Assembly: GCF_000021865.1 (NCBI RefSeq)
Contig: NC_014034.1
Span: 1,440,001 to 1,472,000, forward strand
Direction of reading: 5' to 3'
Length of the DNA: 32,000 bases
Source of the DNA: Rhodobacter capsulatus SB 1003
GTDB taxonomy: Bacteria; Pseudomonadota; Alphaproteobacteria; Rhodobacterales; Rhodobacteraceae
Of this stretch, positions 24,640 to 32,000 are shown one piece after another. A model generated the notes under the pieces. The model saw only the letters and a program-made list of their open reading frames with translations. It had not been told where the DNA came from and made no database searches. The number at the start of each line of letters is the position of its first letter. The stretch's first letter is position 1. A program made the position numbers and the translations under genes.

Positions 24640-26463
24640 ATGTCGGACATCATCGGCACCAACGGCGCCAACAGCCTTGACGACGCCTTCTCCTTCGGCC
24701 TTCCCGGCTTTCGCAACGACCGCGTCGCGGCGCTGGGCGGCAATGACACGATCACCATCACCGACGGCAACGACACCGTCTTCGGCGGCACCGGCCATGA
24801 CCGCATCGTCGATGCGGCGCTGGCGGGCTTCGTCTCGGGCGATGACCAGATCTTCGGCGAGGCGGGCAATGACACGATCGTGGCGGGCGCGGGCCGCGAC
24901 ACGATCAACGGCGGCGCCGACAGCGACACCGTCGATTACAGCCGCTCGGAGGCGGCGATCACGGTCAACCTGGGGTCCGGCGCGGCGCAATCGGGCGGCC
25001 TGGCCGCGGGCGACCGGCTGATCAGCATCGAGAACGTGACCGCCAGCGGCTTCGGCGACCAGCTGATCGGCTCGGGCGTGGCCAACCGCCTTTTGGGCCT
25101 TGGCGGCAACGACCGGATCTCCGGCCTTGGCGGCAACGACCTGATCGATGGCGGCAGCGGCAATGACACGATCCTGGGCGGCACCGAGAATGACGGTCTG
25201 ACCGGGGGCAGCGGCAATGACCGGCTGTTTGGCGAGAGCGGCGCCGACACGCTGTCGGGCGGTGACGGGACCGACGCGCTCTCGGGTGGCACCGGCAACG
25301 ACCAGCTGGCGGGCGGCACCGGCAACGATCAGCTTGCGGGCGGCGAAAATGACGACCTTCTGTCCGGCGATGCGGGCAATGACGCGCTGTCGGGCGGGGC
25401 GGGCAATGACACGGTGGACGGCGGCAGCGGCAATGATGTCGTGCAGCTTGAAAGCCGCACGGAGGCCGACCGTCTGGAGGGCGGCGCCGGGATCGACACG
25501 CTCAGCTTCGCCAGCCTGCCCGCGGTCTTTCTGCCGCCCGGCGTCTTCAACGGCATCGATCTGGTCAGCGGGCGCAGCTTTGCCACCAGCTATCACGGCT
25601 TTGAAAATGTCCTCGGCTCCTCGGGCGCGGATGCGATTTCGGGCGATGCGCTGTCCAACCGGCTGGAGGGCGGCGCGGGCGGCGACCGGATCGACGGGCG
25701 CGCGGGCGCCGATGTGCTGGTCGGCGGCAGCGGCGCGGATACGCTGGCGGGCAGCGCCGGAGCGGACACGCTTTTTGGCGGCTCCGAGGGGGATCGGCTG
25801 TCGGGCGGCACCGAGGCGGACCGGCTGGAGGGCGAGGCCGGGGCCGACCGGGTCAGTGGCGATGCGGGCCATGACAGCGTTTTTGGCGGGCTCGACAATG
25901 ACACGCTGTCGGGCGGGACCGGGAATGATCTGCTCTCCGGCGGGTCCGGGGCGGATCTGGCGCGGGGCGATGCGGGCGATGACCGGGTCTTCGGCGACGG
26001 CGGGGCGGATGCGCTCTTCGGCGATGCGGGGGCGGATCAGCTTTCGGGCGGCACCGACAACGACCGGCTCGACGGCGGCAGCGAGAATGACCTGCTGCGC
26101 GGCGAGGACGGCGCCGATGTGCTGATCGGCGGCACCGGGGCGGATACGATGGAGGGCGGCGCGGGGGCGGACACCTTCGTCTTTCTGACCACGGCCGATT
26201 CGCTCAATTCGGTGGGCGGCAGCGATCACATCACCCGTTTCGAGCTGGGCCAGGACCGGATCGACCTGTCGGCGCTGGCGCCCGGGGCAGAGTTCCATCT
26301 GGCGCTGGTGGCCGATGGCGCCGGGGCGGTGGTGACGAATGTGGTCAATGGCGCGACGGTGGTCAGCGTCTTCACCGACGCCGATGCCGCCCCCGATCTG
26401 GTGTTCCAGATCGACGCGCTGGTCGGCACCGGCGGGCTGACCGAGGCCGACTTCCTGTTCTGA
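24640..26463 (+). CDS. RTX (hemolysin-type calcium-binding repeat) secreted protein
   Basis: 607 aa dominated by GGxGxDxL/I nonapeptides (GGSGNDTILGGTENDGLTGGSGNDRLFGESGADTLSGG...). It has an acidic C-terminal region plausibly serving as a T1SS signal. GAAAGG is the RBS. Confidence 0.88.
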   Translation: MSDIIGTNGANSLDDAFSFGLPGFRNDRVAALGGNDTITITDGNDTVFGGTGHDRIVDAALAGFVSGDDQIFGEAGNDTIVAGAGRDTINGGADSDTVDYSRSEAAITVNLGSGAAQSGGLAAGDRLISIENVTASGFGDQLIGSGVANRLLGLGGNDRISGLGGNDLIDGGSGNDTILGGTENDGLTGGSGNDRLFGESGADTLSGGDGTDALSGGTGNDQLAGGTGNDQLAGGENDDLLSGDAGNDALSGGAGNDTVDGGSGNDVVQLESRTEADRLEGGAGIDTLSFASLPAVFLPPGVFNGIDLVSGRSFATSYHGFENVLGSSGADAISGDALSNRLEGGAGGDRIDGRAGADVLVGGSGADTLAGSAGADTLFGGSEGDRLSGGTEADRLEGEAGADRVSGDAGHDSVFGGLDNDTLSGGTGNDLLSGGSGADLARGDAGDDRVFGDGGADALFGDAGADQLSGGTDNDRLDGGSENDLLRGEDGADVLIGGTGADTMEGGAGADTFVFLTTADSLNSVGGSDHITRFELGQDRIDLSALAPGAEFHLALVADGAGAVVTNVVNGATVVSVFTDADAAPDLVFQIDALVGTGGLTEADFLF

Positions 26464-26474
26464 ACCCGCAAGAA

Positions 26475-26505
26475 AACGCCCCCGGTCCGCAAGGCCGGGG
26501 GCGTT
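26475..26505. terminator. bidirectional hairpin between the convergent RTX gene and leuA
   Basis: aacgcccccgg-tccgcaagg-ccgggggcgtt has an 11-bp stem flanked by A-run and T-containing tails on either strand. Confidence 0.6.
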
Positions 26506-26518
26506 CGTGCTGGACGGA

Positions 26519-28078
26519 TTACAGCTTGTAGCTGATCGATTTCACATCGGCATCGGGCGCGGTCTTCTGGCTGCGCACGCGCAGACGGTTCAGTGCGCCG
26601 ACATAGGCCTTGACTGAGGCGAGGATCGTGTCGGTATCGGCGGCCGAGCCGGTGACGATGCGGCCATCCTCGGCCAGACGCACGGACACCGTGGCCTGCG
26701 CATCCGTCCCTTCGGTCACGGCATGGACCTGATAGATCTTCAGCTCGGCCGTGGTCGGATAAATCGCCTGCACCGCCTTGAAACAGGCGTCGACCGGGCC
26801 GTCGCCCGCACATTTCGCCGTCTTTTCAACGCCATCGACGAGCATCTTCAGTTCCGCTTCCTGCCCGTCGCTGCCGCAGATCACCCGCAGCCATTTCACC
26901 TGCAGGAAGTCGTGATCAGTGTTCGCGGTGCTGTCGGTCAGAAGCGCGATCAGGTCGTCGTCATAGACTTCCTTCTTGCGGTCGGCCAAGGCCTTGAAGC
27001 GCACGAAGACGTCGTTGAGCTGGTTGTCGGCGAGTTCAAACCCCAGATCGCGCATCTTGGTGCGCAAGGCGGCGCGGCCCGAATGCTTGCCCATCGCGAT
27101 GTTGGTCTCGGTCAGGCCGATGTCGGCGGGGCGCATGATTTCAAAGGTTTCGACGTTTTTCAGCACGCCGTCCTGATGGATGCCCGATTCGTGCAGGAAG
27201 GCGTTCTTGCCGACGACCGCCTTGTTGAACTGCACCGGGAAGCCCGAGACCTGCGCGACGCGGCGGCTCAGATGCATGATCTTCGTCGTGTCGATGCCGG
27301 TGGTGAAGGGCATCAGATCCTTGCGGACCTTGATCGCCATCACGACTTCTTCCAGCGCAGTGTTGCCCGCGCGCTCGCCCAGGCCGTTGATCGTGCATTC
27401 GATCTGCCGCGCCCCGGCCGAAACCGCGGCGAGCGCATTCGCCGTCGCCATGCCAAGGTCATTGTGGCAATGCGTGGCGAAGATCACCTCGTCGGCGCCC
27501 GGCACCTTTTCGAGCAGCATCGCGATGATGTCCGAGCTCTCCGAGGGCAGGGTGTAGCCCACGGTGTCGGGAATGTTGATCGTGGTGGCGCCCGCCTTGA
27601 TCGCGCATTCGACGACGCGGCACAGGTAATCGCGCTCGGTGCGGATCGCATCCATCGCCGACCATTGCACGTCTTCGCAGAGATTGCGCGCATGGGTCAC
27701 GGTGTCGTGGATGCGTTCGAGCATTTCCTCGGTGCCGAGGTTGGTGATGCCGCGGTGCAGCGGCGAGGTGCCGATGAAGGTGTGGATGCGCGGCCGGGCG
27801 GCGTGTTTCACCGCCTCCCAGCAGCGGTCGATGTCCTTGTAATTGGCGCGCGAAAGCCCGGCGATGACGGAATTTTTCGAGGCCTTGGCGATCGCGGACA
27901 CGGCTTCGAAATCGCCTTCCGAGGCGATCGGGAAACCGGCTTCGATGATGTCGACGCCCATTTCGTCGAGCAGCATGGCGATTTCGAGCTTTTCGTCATG
28001 GGTCATGGTGGCGCCGGGCGATTGTTCGCCGTCGCGCAGCGTGGTGTCAAAAATCAGAACGCGGGATTTGTCGGTCAT
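26519..28078 (-). CDS. leuA: 2-isopropylmalate synthase
   Basis: 519 aa, MTDKSRVLIFDTTLRDGEQSPGATMTHDEKLEIAMLLDEMGVDIIEAGFPIAS...HCHNDLGMATAN..., with a C-terminal LeuA dimerisation/regulatory domain. Confidence 0.95.
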   Translation of the reverse strand: MTDKSRVLIFDTTLRDGEQSPGATMTHDEKLEIAMLLDEMGVDIIEAGFPIASEGDFEAVSAIAKASKNSVIAGLSRANYKDIDRCWEAVKHAARPRIHTFIGTSPLHRGITNLGTEEMLERIHDTVTHARNLCEDVQWSAMDAIRTERDYLCRVVECAIKAGATTINIPDTVGYTLPSESSDIIAMLLEKVPGADEVIFATHCHNDLGMATANALAAVSAGARQIECTINGLGERAGNTALEEVVMAIKVRKDLMPFTTGIDTTKIMHLSRRVAQVSGFPVQFNKAVVGKNAFLHESGIHQDGVLKNVETFEIMRPADIGLTETNIAMGKHSGRAALRTKMRDLGFELADNQLNDVFVRFKALADRKKEVYDDDLIALLTDSTANTDHDFLQVKWLRVICGSDGQEAELKMLVDGVEKTAKCAGDGPVDACFKAVQAIYPTTAELKIYQVHAVTEGTDAQATVSVRLAEDGRIVTGSAADTDTILASVKAYVGALNRLRVRSQKTAPDADVKSISYKL

Positions 28079-28202
28079 GGTCTGGGCCTGAGAATGTGCG
28101 ATGTCGGTGTCTTAGCCTTGCGGTCTCCCGAATGCCAGCGTCTCGCCTGGGGTTCGGGGGGTGGGCGCTGATACATCTGAGCGGTCGCGCCCGGGGGCAC
28201 GC

Positions 28203-28295
28203 TCAGAGCAGGCTCAGAAGAAGGAGGCCGCGCACGGACGAAAGGGGGGCGAAAGCCCCGCGCTTGCCGATGAAACTGATCGAGTTCCGTGCCAT
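28203..28295 (-). CDS. candidate leucine-rich leader peptide of leuA (MARNSISFIGKRGAFAPLSSVRGLLLLSLL)
   Basis: Hand translation of the minus strand gives a 30-codon ORF with 6 Leu in the last 7 codons (CTC CTT CTT CTG AGC CTG CTC TGA). It ends 124 nt upstream of the leuA ATG. It is too short for the ORF track. No strong SD was seen. Confidence 0.4.
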   Translation of the reverse strand: MARNSISFIGKRGAFAPLSSVRGLLLLSLL

Positions 28296-28367
28296 GGCGG
28301 GACTATGGCGGGGCGGCGGGAAAATGAAAAGCCCGAAAATGCGCGGTCCGGAAAATGGCGGCGCGGC

Positions 28368-29882
28368 TCAGGCCTGCGAGATCCGCAGCCCGGGCGCGGG
28401 GCCGCGCCCGCCCGGCTGCGCCCGGCCCTGCGGCTGCGGCGTCTCGGGCGGCGGGATGTCGTCGCCAGTGTCGGGGGCAGTGTCGGGGGCAGTGTCGGGC
28501 CGGGTTTCCTCGGCGGGGGCGATCGGCAGCAGAAGATGCATCGCCGTGCCCTCGGACGAGCTGTCGATGGTCAGAAGCCCGCCCGATTGCCGGGCGAATC
28601 CGTCCACCATGCTCAGCCCCAGCCCCGAGCCCTGACCCACCGCCTTGGTGGTGAAAAAGGGTTCGGTGACGCGGCGAATGATTTCGGGCGGGATGCCGCA
28701 GCCGGTATCGGCCACCGTCACCTCGGCGTAATCGCCCGCGGTCAGGATGGTGCCATCGGGCTGCACGTCGTCGGTGAACAGATGCACCGGCCGCGCCGAG
28801 ACCGTCAGCGTGCCGCCGCCCGGCATCGCATCGCGGGCGTTGACGACCAGATTGACCAGCGCGGTGATGAACTGGTTTTCATCCAGCGCCACCCAGAGCG
28901 GCGCCTGCGGCGCCTCGAAACTCTGGGTGATCGAGGCGGGCAGAAGCCGCCGCGTCAGCAGTTGCAGCTGTTCGAGCAGCGCGCCGACATCGCGCCGCGC
29001 GATCCGCATCTGCGTGCGCCGGGCATAGGCGAGCAGCTGCTTGACCAGTTCCGCCGCGCGCAGGGCCGCCGTCTTCGCCTCGGTCACCGCATTGAGCCGC
29101 TCGGCCTCGGTGTCCATGGCGTCGTAAAGATCGAGATTGCCGATCACTGCGGTCAGGATGTTGTTGAAATCATGGGCAACCCCGCCCGCAAGCTGGCCGA
29201 TCGCCTCCATCTTCTGGGCCTGGACCGAGCGCAGCGCGGCCCGTTCCGCCTCGATCCGGATGCGCCGATGCGCCAGCAGCGTCAGCGAGAAATAGACATG
29301 CAGCCCCGCCGCCGCCAGGACCGTGCCCAGAATCGCGCCGGGATGGTCAAGCTGCTGGATGGTGCGGAACACCACCCAGCCGATGGCCGCGCCGATCACC
29401 GCGATCTCGCCCAGCATGATCGCCAGCACCCGGTCCGAGCGATAGATCAGGAAGACGAGCATCGCCCCCATCCCCGCCGCGCCGCCGATGCGCAAGGCCG
29501 GGTCCGCGGTGGTGATCATCTCGGCGGGCAGCCAGATGAAGGCGGCGACCAGATACCAGAACACCGCCCCCGCAATCAGCACATCGCGGCGCGAGCAGAT
29601 CTCGCCACGGCTGCGCAGGAACAGGAAATGCACGATGTGCCCGAGGACCTGCGCCGCGATCCACCAGACCGCCATCAGGCTGTCGAGGTAGAAATGCAGC
29701 ACCACGCCCACGGAAAGGATCAGGCCGAAACGGAAGGCCGCATCAAGACGCCGGCCGTATTCGAGATCGAACAGGCGGTCGATTTCTTTGCGGCTGTCGA
29801 GGCCATCAATGTCGGACTGCTGACTTGCCAACACACCCACCTGCCCGATCGCTGCGGGCCGTTCCGCGCGGACTGCCCACAC
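28368..29882 (-). CDS. membrane-bound sensor histidine kinase (multi-TM N-terminus, HisKA + HATPase_c, no receiver domain)
   Basis: 504 aa with about 6 TM helices. The H-box is [19 protein letters not shown], with N-box LVVNARDAM and G-boxes DTGCGI and GSGLGLSMV. It has a Pro/Asp/Thr-rich tail. GTG start at 29882 (uncertain). Confidence 0.85.
   Translation of the reverse strand: MWAVRAERPAAIGQVGVLASQQSDIDGLDSRKEIDRLFDLEYGRRLDAAFRFGLILSVGVVLHFYLDSLMAVWWIAAQVLGHIVHFLFLRSRGEICSRRDVLIAGAVFWYLVAAFIWLPAEMITTADPALRIGGAAGMGAMLVFLIYRSDRVLAIMLGEIAVIGAAIGWVVFRTIQQLDHPGAILGTVLAAAGLHVYFSLTLLAHRRIRIEAERAALRSVQAQKMEAIGQLAGGVAHDFNNILTAVIGNLDLYDAMDTEAERLNAVTEAKTAALRAAELVKQLLAYARRTQMRIARRDVGALLEQLQLLTRRLLPASITQSFEAPQAPLWVALDENQFITALVNLVVNARDAMPGGGTLTVSARPVHLFTDDVQPDGTILTAGDYAEVTVADTGCGIPPEIIRRVTEPFFTTKAVGQGSGLGLSMVDGFARQSGGLLTIDSSSEGTAMHLLLPIAPAEETRPDTAPDTAPDTGDDIPPPETPQPQGRAQPGGRGPAPGLRISQA
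28466..28501. repeat. 12-nt tandem repeat x3 (cagtgtcggggg) inside the kinase tail
   Basis: Read directly from the sequence. It encodes [12 protein letters not shown] on the minus strand. Confidence 0.8.
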
Positions 29883-30014
29883 CGGCCGAATCCCGCCTGT
29901 GTCAGCAATACCCCGGTTTCCCCTACCGATTTCTTACCATTCTACCGTATTCGCGGCATAGTTGCCAATAACGGCAGTGCGGGCATGAAAAATCGCGGCA
30001 GGATTGCGGGGGCC

Positions 30015-31487
30015 TCAGTCGGGGCTGCCGGGCGGCTGGGCTTGCGGTTGCGGCGGCGGGGATGGCGGCGGCGGCGGTGGGGGCAGCGGCTCGGCCGGTT
30101 CGGCCAGACGGTCCTCGGCCCAGGTGCCGCCCGCGACCTTGCCCGAGGCATAGCGCATCACCCCCTTGCCCTGACGGCGGCCATGGACAAAGTTACCCTC
30201 GTAGACATCGCCATTGGCATAGATGGCCTTGCCCGGGCCGTCGATCTCGCCGTCGCGCCACATGCCGTCATAGGTGAAGCCGTCGGGCCGGATCAGCTTG
30301 CCAAGACCCGAGCGCTGCCCGGCCTCGAAGCCGCCCTCGTAGATCGTGCCGTCGGGATGAAGGGCGCGGCCGTGCCCCTGCCTTGTGCCGTCGGCCCAGT
30401 CGCCGTCATAGACATAGCCGTCCGGATAGGTCATCCGGCCCTTGCCATGCTGCCGGGCCTCCAGGAATTCGCCTTCATAAACAAGGCCGTTCGCATAGCG
30501 GGCAAGGCCCCGGCCGGCGATGTTGCCCGCGACCCAGCCGCCTTCGTAGCTGGCGCCGTCGGGATAGGTGATCCGGCCCTGGCCCTCGGGCATGTCGTTG
30601 CGGAACGCCCCCTCGTAGACCGAGCCGTCGGGGAATTGCGCCCGGCCGGTGCCCTCGATCCGGCCCTCGACCCAGCCGCCGGTATAATCATAGCCGTCGG
30701 CGCCGCGGAAATGGCCCTGACCCTGCGGCTTGTCGGCCAGAAACTCGCCCTCGTAAAGATCGCCGTTGGCATAGGTCACCCGGCCCTTGCCCTGCCGCTT
30801 GCCCGCCACCATCGCGCCCTCGTAGCGGTCGCCATTGGGCTGGAGCAGCACGCCCCGACCCTCCATCCGGCCGCCCTTCCAGTCGCCCTCATAGGTGACG
30901 CCGGTCTTCAGGATCAGCTTGCCGCGGCCCGCGCGCTGGCCGCCCGCCATCTCGCCTTCGTAGCGGGCGCCGTCCGGGTAGGTGATCTTGCCGCGGCCCT
31001 GTTTCACGCCCTGCACCCAGTCGCCCTCGTAGCGGTAGCCGTCCGGGCCGGTCAGCACGCCCGTGCCGTCATGCAGCGCATTGGCGAACCGGCCCTCGTA
31101 GCGGGTGCCGTTGGCATAAAGCGCGACGCCGGTGCCGGTGATTTCGCCCGCGACCCAGTCGCCCTCGTAGGTGCCGCCGTCGGGATAGGTGATCTTGCCG
31201 CGGCCATCGGGCTTGCCGCGGGTGAAATGGCCCTCGTAGATCGAGCCGTCGGGAAACCGTGCCCGGCCGTGACCGGCGATTTCGCCCGCCTGCCAGTCGC
31301 CTTCGTATTCATAGCCCGAGGGCAGGCGGTATTTGCCATGGCCGTCCTGCTTGCCGTCCTTGAACGTGCCCTCGTAGATGCCGCCGTCCTGATATTGCTT
31401 GGTCAGCACCTCCTCGGCCGGTGCCGCCGCCGCGGCGACAACCAGCGCCGCCGCCAGCATCAGCCCCCGCTTGCCCGCTTGCCCCAT
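30015..31487 (-). CDS. secreted MORN-repeat protein with a polyproline C-terminal tail
   Basis: Signal peptide MGQAGKRGLMLAAALVVAAAAAPA after AGGGGA. About 18 consecutive 23-aa MORN units follow (YEGxWxxGxxxGxGxxxxxxG). The tail is PLPPPPPPPSPPPQPQAQPPGSPD. Confidence 0.85.
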   Translation of the reverse strand: MGQAGKRGLMLAAALVVAAAAAPAEEVLTKQYQDGGIYEGTFKDGKQDGHGKYRLPSGYEYEGDWQAGEIAGHGRARFPDGSIYEGHFTRGKPDGRGKITYPDGGTYEGDWVAGEITGTGVALYANGTRYEGRFANALHDGTGVLTGPDGYRYEGDWVQGVKQGRGKITYPDGARYEGEMAGGQRAGRGKLILKTGVTYEGDWKGGRMEGRGVLLQPNGDRYEGAMVAGKRQGKGRVTYANGDLYEGEFLADKPQGQGHFRGADGYDYTGGWVEGRIEGTGRAQFPDGSVYEGAFRNDMPEGQGRITYPDGASYEGGWVAGNIAGRGLARYANGLVYEGEFLEARQHGKGRMTYPDGYVYDGDWADGTRQGHGRALHPDGTIYEGGFEAGQRSGLGKLIRPDGFTYDGMWRDGEIDGPGKAIYANGDVYEGNFVHGRRQGKGVMRYASGKVAGGTWAEDRLAEPAEPLPPPPPPPSPPPQPQAQPPGSPD

Positions 31488-31634
31488 GCTTTTCCCCTGA
31501 CTGATGGCCGATCGGCGCAAACCTAATGGCGTGCCAAAAGCGTGACAAGCGCCCGGCGGCCGCGGATTTCGCGCCCGGGTGCTTTTCCCCGCCCGCCCTT
31601 GGCGTTACATCAGGGGCAACAGACAGGATCCAGC

Positions 31635-32000
31635 ATGACCGATCGTTTCCGCATCACCCTTGCGCAACTGAACCCGACGGTGGGGGCGCTGGCCGCCAAT
31701 GCCGAGAAGGCGATGGCGGCCTGGCAGGCGGGCCGCGCCGCGGGGGCCGATCTGGTGGCGCTGCCCGAGATGTTCCTGACCGGCTATCAGACCCAGGATC
31801 TGGTGCTGAAACCGGCCTTCCTGCGCGATGCGATGGCGGCGATGGCGGCTTTGGCGGCGCAGGTGGTGGATGGCCCCGCGCTGGGCATCGGCGGGCCTTA
31901 TGTCGATGAAACAGGAAGTTACAACGCCTGGTGGGTGCTCAAGGACGGCCGGGTGATCGCCCGCGCGCTGAAGCATCACCTGCCGCATGACGATGTTTTC
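31635..32000 (+). CDS. nadE: glutamine-dependent NAD+ synthetase, N-terminal CN-hydrolase domain (3-prime truncated by the window edge)
   Basis: Hand translation gives MTDRFRITLAQLNPTVGALAANAEKAMAAWQAGRAAGADLVALPEMFLTGYQTQDLVLKPAFL... The frame is open to the window end and is not in the ORF track. Confidence 0.8.
   Translation, partial: MTDRFRITLAQLNPTVGALAANAEKAMAAWQAGRAAGADLVALPEMFLTGYQTQDLVLKPAFLRDAMAAMAALAAQVVDGPALGIGGPYVDETGSYNAWWVLKDGRVIARALKHHLPHDDVF

Noticed and set aside
24640-26463. Periodic DNA repeats in the RTX gene, and likewise in the MORN gene 30015..31487, as possible CRISPR or other non-coding arrays
   Set aside because: The periodicity (27 nt and 69 nt) follows the protein repeats (nonapeptide and 23-aa MORN units) within long open frames. 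There are no constant-repeat/variable-spacer units.
28161-31526. 1121-aa plus-strand ORF, with similar giants at 15815..18685(-), 13752..15956(-), 19215..21401(-), 24322..26298(-), 21831..23867(+), 23240..25021(+) and 26723..28171(+)
   Set aside because: All lie antisense to, or out of frame with, genes that have clear family signatures (kinase/MORN, MCP, CheA, CheR/CheB, RTX, cyclase, Crp, LeuA). They have the Arg/Pro/Gly/His bias of non-coding frames in GC-rich DNA.

Overview
High-GC alphaproteobacterial chromosome segment, Rhodobacter-like by gene content; this cannot be verified without a search. Most of it is ordinary, densely packed genes. These are the 3-prime end of an acetone carboxylase operon (acxB partial, acxC), a LysR/EamA divergent pair, an iron-type ABC uptake operon, two pirin paralogs flanking a DEDDh exonuclease, a chemotaxis operon (STAS-cheY-cheA-cheW-mcp-cheW-cheR-cheB) with a divergent soluble receptor-like gene, a FecR-like/CHASE2 adenylate cyclase/Crp-like/RTX cluster, leuA, a membrane histidine kinase, a secreted MORN-repeat protein and the start of nadE. 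The unusual part is 2.1-8.6 kb. An eroded type I-E CRISPR-Cas locus (cas7e 3-prime, cas5e 5-prime and cas2e 3-prime fragments, a leader and a one-spacer array) abuts nested IS3 and IS481 relics that also truncate the ABC permease. A second I-E repeat sits 6 kb upstream, right after the acxC terminator. Both repeats are followed by the same ~225 bp sequence, which carries conserved GATC palindromes and a decayed hipB-like gene; a hipA N-terminal fragment follows copy A only. Other points of interest are a palindromic CRP/Clr-type box between the crp-like gene and the RTX gene, which suggests a self-contained cAMP circuit. A 30-codon leucine-rich leader ORF lies upstream of leuA. A cytoplasmic coiled-coil protein with a degenerate MCP hairpin-tip motif sits next to the che operon. 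No intact novel defence system could be demonstrated. The many long Arg/Pro-rich ORFs antisense to real genes are GC artefacts.
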